A DNA stretch of 55,045 bases, counting the filler, from Stramenopiles sp. TOSAG23-2 (lineage: Eukaryota): assembly GCA_900128395.1 (NCBI GenBank). It is 3 parts of 3 records of this genome, joined end to end, with 100 filler letters (N's around TTAATTAATTAA, not from the genome) between each part and the next. Parts side by side here need not be neighbours in the genome. Positions count along the whole stretch, not along the records: positions 18,394 to 36,683 come from LT649611.1; 2 more parts are not named here. One strand, written 5' to 3'. The notes below the pieces were generated by a model that saw only the letters and a list, made by a program, of their open reading frames with translations, searched no databases and was not told where the DNA came from. Of the stretch, positions 25,101 through 34,644 are shown in pieces (position 1 is the first letter of the stretch; each line of letters opens with the position of its first letter). A program made the position numbers and the translations under genes.

Positions 25101-27996
25101 TCAACAAAATAGATGTGTTTCCTGCCCAGGCTATGTGCCTGGAAAAGCTACTGCGCCGACGCGCTCCATGATGGTTGCAGGTTTTGTAACCATGTGTTTT
25201 TCTCTTGTTTTTATGTACTTCTTTTTCACTATACAAACGTTGTCACTCGCTGAAGAGGAAGATTTAAGGGTTAAGTTAAGTGAATTAGACTTAGACGAGG
25301 TGTTTAAAGAGAAAAAAGAACTAACACATGATGTTTTCAGCGAGTTTTTAGATGGAGAGGGTTTGACTGAAACGGAGATATTATATATATTTCATGCCGT
25401 TGATAAAGACGAAAGTGGGTTGCTCAATCGTGCAGAATTAGAAGCATATGTAACCAACAATGGTAAAATCGATATGGAAGAATTACAAGCAAAAAACGAA
25501 GAACACCACAACAAAATAGAAGATACTCAAAAAGTAATGAGGCAAATTGGTGGAACGTTGATGAAATTCAAAATTTTGCTGGGCTATTCTCAGTGTATGA
25601 CTTACCTTCCTGTCGTTTTTGATTTACCTTTTCCTCCAACAATGACTTATTTGATGATCCTTCTTGAAATGACGTCATTGGATATTTATGTATTGTTTGG
25701 CGAAGCTAGCTGTTACATGCAAACCAATTTTAAACAAAAATTTGTTTTTCACATGCTCTTGTTTCCAGTAATTGCGCTTATGGTTTGCTTTGTATTAGGA
25801 ATTATTTATTGGCGGACAAAGGGTTGCTGCAAACGCCCACGTTTTACGTTGGAAAGCGTCAAGACACGCCTGTATACATTTGCAACATTGACATGTTTTG
25901 GTCTATATACCGGCATATCCACGAGAATCTTCCGATTGTTTAAATGCCGGAACATTGATGATGAGTACTATTTAACGTCTGATTACAGCATGAAATGCTA
26001 CACAGATGAATGGTGGAGTTACGCGGGCGTTGCTATTTTTTGCATGTTTGTGTATGTAGTTGGGATCCCACTAGCCCAATTTATCGTACTTCTGCAAAAT
26101 CGTCATCATTTGCATGAAGAATCAGCGCTCGATCATCAGTCGCATCGTTTAGCCAAGAAAAAATTTGGTTCCATATATGAAAATTATATTGAAGATTGCT
26201 ATTATTTTGATCTATTGGATTTGCTTCGACGTTTGATTTTGACTGGTGGGCTTATTTTAGTGGGAGAACATAGTATTGTTCAAGTTTTATTGGGAATTTT
26301 AACTAGCCTTTTTTGGTTATTAATTGTAGCAATAAAATTTCCTTACAGAGCATATTGGGATAACATACTATCACTTGCTTTGTCGTTTGCTTTGGTATTA
26401 TCTTTGATATGCGGTTTTGCACTAGAACTATTTGATGCCACACGCCTTGCAAATAATGAAAGTGTAGATGGAACGAAATACGAAGAGATTATTTTTGATT
26501 GGATATTAACTTCAATGACCCTTGTTTGTATTTTTGCTGGAATAATTGCATGTATACTTACCATACCTTGTATTCAAGATTGTCTTCGAAAATATATATC
26601 GAAGGAATTAGATAGTCGCAGAGAAATGAAAGAATGGGTGGAGAGACAGAAGGTTTTAGTGAAATGGTTGCACATAGACGATGTAAAAAACACCCTGAAG
26701 GTAGCAACGGCAACGCTAGAAGAAAAGGCAGAAATTGAAAGACTAAAGCATGGTCAGAAGCTTAAGAAGAGAAGGAAATCTCTCTCGGCATTATCGGCTA
26801 ACAATGTAAGTGTATTGCCCATAGTAGATACAGAGAAAAGAATGTTTAGCACTGGTAGTCTAGTTCATATTAAAAAAATGAAAACTATTGCTGGTCACCA
26901 TGCGGAAGTTGGTAATATAAAGAGAAAACGTGTAGAAGGAACGAAACATTTAAAACGTAAACATGAGGAAGTACGGCAACGAAGTGAAGCACAGCGAAGA
27001 AATCTAGAAAAACGAATTCAGCGAAGAAAATCTCAGAATAAAGCAAACAGTAATAAGAAATCTCAACCAGAATCAACAAAGAAGAAAGAAAAAGTAGCGG
27101 AAGTACGGGAATCATTAAAAGAATTTAAACATGTAAGAGCGAAGGCTATTCACGCAAAAAAAGTCGGTGATATGGTATTAGCAATGACGCTTTTAAAAAA
27201 ATGTAAAGAAATAAAAACAATTATTATTAAAAAAAATGATGAAGCAGAGAAATGCGATAACAAAGAAACTGGTATGGAGAAAAATAAATTGATAAAGAAC
27301 AAGCCAAACTCGAGTAAAATTAATAAAACAACAATAATACAAAAGGAAGAGACATCAGGAGTAGTAGCACTGAAAAAAAAGCCTAAAAGGAAAAAGAAGA
27401 AAATATATATATCAAAAAATAAAATGACATTGGCAAAAACAAAGGATCATATTGCTGGAATGTATGAAAAGAAAGTCAAAAGTGATGTAGCGAATGATAA
27501 AAAAGGTAATGAACGCGATACATTAACCCATTTTTGTGATGATTTTTTTTCTCACATGTTTGGTATGCCAGCATTGGCTGGCAAAAAAGTATACGAATTC
27601 AAGCAAGGTATTAAACGATATGCAAAGGACGATACTGGTGTAAGATGGTTTGGTACATTAATTGGATGGTTGCCTGAAAATGTACATAAAGGTATAATTA
27701 CACCATTTAAAACAATTGCAATTGATGTATATTTGTTTCTATTGCAAAATGTTTTCCCAGTAGATTCCATCGAAGAATTATTAGATGATGATCCATGTTT
27801 AATAAATTTTGTAAAACTTCAAAATGCACTTGATATGTTATTTAAAAACCAATTAAATGATGAACGTATAATTACATTGAAAAAAGAAATATCGACTATT
27901 AATCATGAAAATGTCGAATTTAATTTTGCATTTGATAAAATCATGCGAGTGTGGTATAGTTTTGGTACTCCACCAACATGTCCAAGATCCAAATAA
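19189..27996 (+). CDS. Giant (~2853 aa after collapsing two duplications) surface/receptor-like protein: signal peptide, Ig-like repeats, Pmp-type beta-helix, IPT/TIG-like, Cys-rich region, multi-TM domain, EF-hand, basic tail
   Basis: Three ORFs (19189, 21114, 22567) become one frame when the 95-bp and 151-bp exact duplications are removed; GGAI/FxxN motifs; EF-hand DKDESGLLNRAELE; multi-TM block with YFDLLDLLRRLILTG. Confidence 0.85.
20935..21124. repeat. Exact 95-bp tandem duplication causing a frameshift (probable artefact)
   Basis: 20935-21029 is identical to 21030-21124. Confidence 0.92.
22439..22740. repeat. Exact 151-bp tandem duplication causing a frameshift (probable artefact)
   Basis: 22439-22589 is identical to 22590-22740. 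Confidence 0.92.
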
Positions 27997-27998
27997 TT

Positions 27999-28463
27999 TT
28001 ACAAAAAGATAATATCCCTCTCTAAGGACATCTTCCAGCAGAAGAAGGCAGTGTCGAAATTGCAATTGTTTTTATTGTTTCTTATGAATTGAATCCTCGA
28101 TTTCGGAATGATCAATTGGATATCCGGAAACAATTGCTGAAAGTATTTTCTGGTTAGTTTCGAAATCGGTAGAATCAAAACAAATGGTTTGTTTAATACT
28201 TTCAATCGTTTTAGAATGGCTTTCGCTTTACTAAAGGGGGGATTGGACACAATGATATCCCCCTCATCGGAATCAAAGAAATCGATATTTTTGTGGATGA
28301 CTTCAAAGCCTAGAGCTCGTAAAAAAGCGCCTGAGGAACCGTCTCCCCAAAACGCCTCCCAAATGACTTTATCTTTCGGGAGATATCCCTCGATGGATTT
28401 CCATGTCGATTTTTTAGTCATATAGTCATCTTCGGTGTGGTATCCCTTTGGGGTAAAATTCAT
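27999..28463 (-). CDS. Small virus/phage-type DNA N6-adenine (amino) methyltransferase
   Basis: DDYMT, WEAFWGDGSSG SAM-binding motif I, IDFF, IIVSNPPFS catalytic motif IV, RIQF. Confidence 0.85.
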   Translation of the reverse strand: MNFTPKGYHTEDDYMTKKSTWKSIEGYLPKDKVIWEAFWGDGSSGAFLRALGFEVIHKNIDFFDSDEGDIIVSNPPFSKAKAILKRLKVLNKPFVLILPISKLTRKYFQQLFPDIQLIIPKSRIQFIRNNKNNCNFDTAFFCWKMSLERDIIFL

Positions 28464-28894
28464 TTAAAAAAGATATGGTTATCTTATATAGTTTTTTTTA
28501 TTCTCTCTTTCTCTTTAACAGGTTCGTCATCCTCTGCGACACTCTTTGGCATAAAGACCGTTCGTATATCCGTTCATGTGATGCACGCGAATAATTTTCA
28601 CCCAGTCTTAATCATCTTTGGCAGAATAAAGGGCATTTGCATTACATAATTATGAATAACTGATGTATAACGTTTTTTTAAAGTAATATATATATATATA
28701 TTTATTAGAATTTAGAATTATAATAGAGCTATGCACCTATTAATTCTATTATATAATAGGAAATAATAAATAATACATCCCGTTTTTTGGTACACCACCG
28801 GTACTACGGAATTGTTATAGGAAAAATTAAAAAAAAAAAAAACCAATTTTTGAACGAGATAGGGGCCGAAAAAGTCCTTACTGGACTTATTTAC

Positions 28895-28933
28895 GCAAGC
28901 CTGGCAAGCTGGGCAAGCCCGGCAAGCCAGCAA
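28895..28933. repeat. Short array of GCAAGC units at ~9-bp period
   Basis: gcaagcctg-gcaagctgg-gcaagcccg-gcaagcca-gcaa. Confidence 0.7.
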
Positions 28934-29289
28934 TTCCTACTCATGACAATTCCTTTACTCTCAGAAGAATACAGTAAACTGAGCCAAAAATAATACGAAA
29001 CATATATATAAAAAATTCTCTTATTTATAATACAAACATAATATATTATACTTCGCGTATTTTTTTTAAATATCTTAGATCTCCTCTCGTCTACACAAAA
29101 TGATTATATAATAAATTCTCTTGCTGCTGTTGGTTTCTCTAAGGTAAAAACTCTCATGAAAAAGCACCGGCATTATACATTTTAAATACACTGTATTTAC
29201 TACAAAGCGTTCGTAAATCTCTATATGTGTGTTCTTTAGAAATTTAATGTACGTGTTAATGTGTTGGTCCCTATATTAAAATAAAACAC

Positions 29290-31392
29290 TCAATCACATG
29301 GACGAAATTCATCTCGTATAATTTTCAAAATCCCACCTATCAAGACTGATGGATCTCGTATCGCTTCATTAATTAAAAATCGACCTTCCTCACGTCCTTT
29401 TTTAGAACACATTGCACGTAACCATAACTTTAACACTCGCCCACCGCTACCAGCATTTATTTTTGATAATTCTTCAATCATTTTGATACCACGATTGGTT
29501 AATTTTGGCATATCTTTAATTTTACCAGGCACGTCGCCTTTGATCAACATTCGTAATGGCAATAATGTTTGTTGTGCTGCCGTCCCATTAAAATCGGTCA
29601 CAAAATGTGCTGCTGCAATAAATTCTACTAACGATGCCCATCCCAAACCAAAAGCAGCTTCTTCTGTTGCAAAATTATTCAATGAAGATTTCACATATGG
29701 TATATTCATACCTTCATCCAATGAACTTGTATGCGCATTCCACATAAATCCCAATAAATGATCAAATGCATCATCACGTCCAAATTTACTACAATTATTT
29801 TCTGCTTCTTGAATCTTCATGAAAAATGTTTTCCAATTTTCTTGTGCCATTTTCATTTTAATGCATGCATTTGTTTTAGAAGGTATGGTATTGTTTCTAC
29901 AAAAGATAGACCCATTTGTTAATCTTGGATGTTCCACATAAATATTTGCAGGAATATTAGGATACGCAGCAGCACTGGCACCAAGTAAAGGCACAATCAT
30001 TAATTGATAATTCATATCAGCCCACCATGATTTTGATGTCATGGTATAATTTGAAGTAAATAACCGTCCAGAGCTAAATTGCCAACCAAATTGAAGTGCT
30101 AATCCCCATAAAATATTTTTATTGATATTGCTTTCAAATAAACATGGTGATGAATGCGTGGTTTTTAAAATTAACGTTTTCATTGCACCTAAACGTTCAG
30201 TATATACCCATGGATTGATGATGGTTGCATTTGTTTTTTCATCTTTTGGTAAATTTTCTAACAATATCGCTTCATCCCAATATGGTGGTAACAATGAATT
30301 GTTTATTTTATTAATATTATTATTATCTGTTTTTTCTTTGTGATTATTTTCTTTCTTCTTCTTCTTCATCATCATACTCATCCTCACAGCATTTGTTTCC
30401 TTCCTTTTATTTACACACACATCCGATTTTGTATCTGCGTCAATTGGACAATACGATATCATATTATTTGAACATGTTTTATTATTTATTGGATCATTAC
30501 AAAGTAAAAACGTTTTTGCAACATCTTGACCATGTTTTGCTAATGTAACAAATTGTGTTAAATTGTATTTACTAACCATATCAATCGAAGCGCCAGATTT
30601 CATCAAATTGATAACAATTTGTCCACGAACTTTATCTTGAAACAATGGTGTCATATTATGACCAGACATAGCTCCGCCATCACTGCATGCCATACCTTGA
30701 TACCATTGAAAGACTGTACCAGTTCCCATAAAAGCATTAAAGGTTTGTTTTTCATTGAAATATTTCGAAACTAAAATTTGTTTCGGTAATGGATCTAAAC
30801 AAGATAATGCAACTGTGACAGTATTATTTAATTTCATTTGATACGTATCATTATATTTCGCAATCATCCATTTTCCCATTTGTCTCCAGCTATGATCTTG
30901 TTTTGCAGCAGCATTAAGCATATTTGAAAATTCATTTGGATATTGTGTTTCAAGCAAACCATATGCTAAATGATGTTGTAATGTTTGTATTTCCCCTTTT
31001 AATGCTATTTCAAATGGTGCCATACCACCAGCTGATGCACCTGCATATCTTATAATATTCAGTTTATCTTTTGATATACGATTAAATATTTGTTGCATCC
31101 CAAAATAAAACGCATCTAAATTACCCCCACCTGAAATAACTAAATCAACCTCGCCGATTGTTGACATACTATTACTTATAGATGAAGAAGAAACCATATT
31201 TGAAGCACGAGTAGATAACTCTTTTTCTGCTATTATTGCTTCATCTGGTGGGGTATTTAAATATTTATTCCATGTTTCATCTACTATATCATTATTTGTG
31301 ATTGTAATTGCGTACGAGAAATGTAATACTATTGTTACTAATATTAAAATAACATATGGTATATTCATAATAATACTATTTGCTTTTGTCAT
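29290..31392 (-). CDS. Secreted patatin-like phospholipase fused to a C-terminal LEG1 (C6orf58-like) domain
   Basis: Signal peptide; SGGG, GASAG, DGG patatin motifs; then PPYW, INPWVYTERLG..K.LI, NILWGLALQFGWQFSSGRL, SWWADMNY LEG1 motifs. Confidence 0.8.
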   Translation of the reverse strand: MTKANSIIMNIPYVILILVTIVLHFSYAITITNNDIVDETWNKYLNTPPDEAIIAEKELSTRASNMVSSSSISNSMSTIGEVDLVISGGGNLDAFYFGMQQIFNRISKDKLNIIRYAGASAGGMAPFEIALKGEIQTLQHHLAYGLLETQYPNEFSNMLNAAAKQDHSWRQMGKWMIAKYNDTYQMKLNNTVTVALSCLDPLPKQILVSKYFNEKQTFNAFMGTGTVFQWYQGMACSDGGAMSGHNMTPLFQDKVRGQIVINLMKSGASIDMVSKYNLTQFVTLAKHGQDVAKTFLLCNDPINNKTCSNNMISYCPIDADTKSDVCVNKRKETNAVRMSMMMKKKKKENNHKEKTDNNNINKINNSLLPPYWDEAILLENLPKDEKTNATIINPWVYTERLGAMKTLILKTTHSSPCLFESNINKNILWGLALQFGWQFSSGRLFTSNYTMTSKSWWADMNYQLMIVPLLGASAAAYPNIPANIYVEHPRLTNGSIFCRNNTIPSKTNACIKMKMAQENWKTFFMKIQEAENNCSKFGRDDAFDHLLGFMWNAHTSSLDEGMNIPYVKSSLNNFATEEAAFGLGWASLVEFIAAAHFVTDFNGTAAQQTLLPLRMLIKGDVPGKIKDMPKLTNRGIKMIEELSKINAGSGGRVLKLWLRAMCSKKGREEGRFLINEAIRDPSVLIGGILKIIRDEFRPCD

Positions 31393-31580
31393 TTTGTTTT
31401 TATCGATAATAATATATAGATATATTATTTTCTTCCTCGTTATGTTGTATGTATGATGTTACTAATATTAAAATAACATATGGTATATTCATAATAATAC
31501 TATTTGCTTTTGTCATTTTGTTTTTATCGATAATAATATATAGATATATTATTTTCTTCCTCGTTATGTTGTATGTATGA
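31333..31580. repeat. Exact 124-bp tandem duplication over the start of the patatin-LEG1 gene (probable artefact)
   Basis: 31333-31456 is identical to 31457-31580. Confidence 0.9.
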
Positions 31581-32036
31581 TTGATTGAAATTATTATTAA
31601 TTATTATATCCAAAAAAAAAATTGATGATGATTGATATGGCAAAAAAATATTTAAAAAAATATTTAAAAAAAATATTGGCTGATCTATATATCTTATATC
31701 GTGATGCACCGCCGAATTATATACATATGTATCAAAAATAATGTGTGAAGTATTTATGGCGACTACATGTGGCAGGTTTAAAAGGTTTAAAATATATTTA
31801 TCTATATATATATTATTATACATTGGCAACATCATTGCTGTTTTTTCTCTGGATTTTTATTCTTCTTCATCAAATCCAGAAAATCCTACTTAACAACATT
31901 TTTGATAGGAAAAAAGACTATAGTGAGTAAAGTTAATTAATCTTTACCTACCTGAAATTTAGGATGGACACAGCATTAAATAGCATAGATAGAGCATTAA
32001 ATTCCAGAAACAGCGCTCGTAAGAAATGATCTTATA

Positions 32037-32191
32037 CCTGCATCATATTCACCTGCTATTATACATATATTTGATAGGTATGTTATAATATTTAGTATAC
32101 TATATGTACGAAGTGGATCACGGGCATAGTAATAGAAATTTGCAATTCTATATATGTATACCTCTATAGCAGGTGAATACGATGCACCAGG
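32037..32191. mobile_element. Putative ~155-bp MITE
   Basis: 21-bp inverted repeats with 1 mismatch (32039-32059 / 32166-32186); outer CCTG...CAGG flanked by TA on both sides. Confidence 0.45.
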
Positions 32192-32438
32192 TAATTGAAG
32201 AAGTCTGATTTGACATTTTAATTTGACATATAGTGCTATAGCCCGCTATAGTGCTGGTGCGTCTGAATAGCCGATAATACGGAGTTAGGGTTCAGATTTT
32301 CGCGTTTGAATTGAAATATAAAACGTTGTCGTAAGGTAGTATATATATAAATATATATACAGTTATCAAAATTTTTTATTCACCGCCCGCTTATTTTTTT
32401 CTCCAGCAAATAAAAATATATTTACACATCTCGTTTAA

Positions 32439-33343
32439 TCATTTTTTTTTTCTTTTAAAAGAGATATTAACATCATTCATAGCAGTTGTTGCCCTTTTTC
32501 TTTTCGTTTTAATATTATTATAACTATGATTATTATTCAAACCGACAAAGAAATCCAATTCATCTTTTTCAGAATTTATAGTATTTTTAACTACAGGTGC
32601 AATGATTGGTTTTATTGCATTCAATTTAGCGTTACGACAACGTTTTGTACTCCATATATTAAATGTATTTGAATTGATTCTTCCAACACATATAAATAAA
32701 TTACCTGGTGAGTTACTATGGTTTGCCGCATGGAATAAATATCCATTAACGGTATGATTTACATTTGCACTATGTCGTCCAGAACTCCATCCGAACCAAT
32801 ACTACTATTGTCATCGATTTCCAACACACCGTTACTAATTGTTTTTTCCATTAAACCATTACTGCTATTGCCATAGCCTATTTCTAACATATCTTTATCC
32901 CGGTTTGCATGATATGTATCTAAATATGTTTTGTGAATTTCAGCACTCGTAAATTTTGACGTACACATATATGATTCTTGAATTGTTTCTTTTATTTTAT
33001 TCTTTACATATAAGAAGAAAGCTTTGTCTTCCTCTTCGTTAATCGTATCGAGGTTACCAGCTTTTTCCATCGTCTCGATTTTCTCATTCTTTACGCTCGT
33101 TGCCTTGAAGAGTTTGTCATCTTCCATTATTTTTAAAAATGTAACTGATGATATGACAGATTTGTTGAATACGTCAGAATCTATACCATCAGTTGATTGT
33201 GAATCTTGACTCCAAGCAAATTCAGAAGTCTGTTTCATATTTGAAATACTACGCCTTGCTTCAATTATTTCTGGTACATCGTGAATATTTACAATGACTG
33301 GTGTATCATTTATAATAGTAGTAGATGTGCTTACGTCGCCCAT
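32439..33343 (-). pseudogene. Unknown ~300-aa gene with one frameshift near 32800
   Basis: The 194-aa ORF overlaps a second open frame (YWFGWSSGRHSANVNHTVNGYLFHAAN...KRKKK) running from about 32801 to 32439. Confidence 0.45.
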
Positions 33344-33766
33344 TGTAATATTTAAAACAAGTGACTTTAAATGTATACTTATATAATTCGTGCTTTTGTT
33401 TTAACATATATTATGTATGTATGTATGTGATAATTGTTGTAACCTCTGTATATACTCTATGAATATACTTTGGTATTTTAATTATTTTAGCACTACTTTT
33501 AGCACTATACTTTTAGCACTATAATACTATTATTCTCAGTGTACCGCGTGCCACCAGTCCCGAAGCACGTGCCGAAGGTTTTTTAGTAATTACTAGCGGA
33601 GGACAAAATCTAGTGGAGTACAAAATTAGAAAGGTAGTGACCAGGCTATCGAACAACAGAATTACTACCAAGAACAAAGGAATTTCTCTTTTAGACTTCC
33701 AGGACTTCTAGTTAACGAGACTTCTAGCTAAACTCTGAGAGTACGTTCATCGGGCGTGACCGCGTG

Positions 33767-34147
33767 CCATGTAATTGAGCTAACTCTAATGCTGTGTCCA
33801 TGTAATCGGGTCAACTCTAGTGCTGTGTCCATGTAATCGGGTCAACTCTAGTGCTGTGTCCATGTAATCGGGTCAACTCTAATGCTGTGTCCATGTAATC
33901 GGGTCAACTCTAGTGCTGTGTCCATGTAATTGAGCTAACTCTAATGCTGTGTCCATGTAATCGGGTCAACTCTAGTGCTGTGTCCATGTAATCGGGTCAA
34001 CTCTAGTGCTGTGTCGATGTAATCGGGTCAACTCTAATGCTGTGTCCATGTACTTGAGCTAACTCTAATGCTGTGTCCATGTAATCGGGTCAACTCTAAT
34101 GCTATGTCCATGTAATTGAGCTAACTCTAACGCTGTGTCCATGTAAT
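33767..34147. repeat. 31-bp minisatellite, 12.3 copies, two unit variants
   Basis: CCATGTAAT-(TGAGCT|CGGGTC)-AACTCTA(A/G)TGCTGTGT repeated head to tail. Confidence 0.95.
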
Positions 34148-34186
34148 AAAAACGACAGTTATTCTCAGTAATAATTTTGAAACACA

Positions 34187-34374
34187 CCTGTCGACAAGAT
34201 AAATAGGCATTCATACTTAGTAGTTTACAATCACGTCAGGAAGAAAATGAAATTCAAAAAAACATAATGGTGTGGGTTAGGGTTAGGGTTATCCTGTCGA
34301 CACGATAAATAGGCATTCATACTTAGTAGTATACAATCACGACAGGAGAAGAAAATGAAATTCAAAAAAACATA
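34187..34374. repeat. Two diverged ~80-bp direct repeats separated by (GGGTTA)3
   Basis: 34187-34266 is similar to 34293-34374; telomere-type hexamers at 34274-34291. Confidence 0.85.
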
Positions 34375-34644
34375 GAATTTTTTATAACAAGTTGATCGAA
34401 AGTAAAAGTGTGTATAGGTGTAGACGAATAACAAACTTGGGGTTTTTTTTTTTCTTCAAAGAACCATCATATCAATCATAGCATATATAGATAGATATAT
34501 TGTGTACCATCGTTTTATATATATATATAGATAGATAGATATTTATTTACGTATTTCTTCTTGTTTTTTTTTTTTTTTTCAAAATTAATAGATTACTTTA
34601 CATTTTTTTTAAAAAAAAAGTACAAAAAAGAGAAGAAAAAAAAA

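Noticed and set aside
33767-34147. CRISPR-like array
   Set aside because: The variable part is only 6 bp with two recurring states; no unique spacers, no cas genes, eukaryotic context
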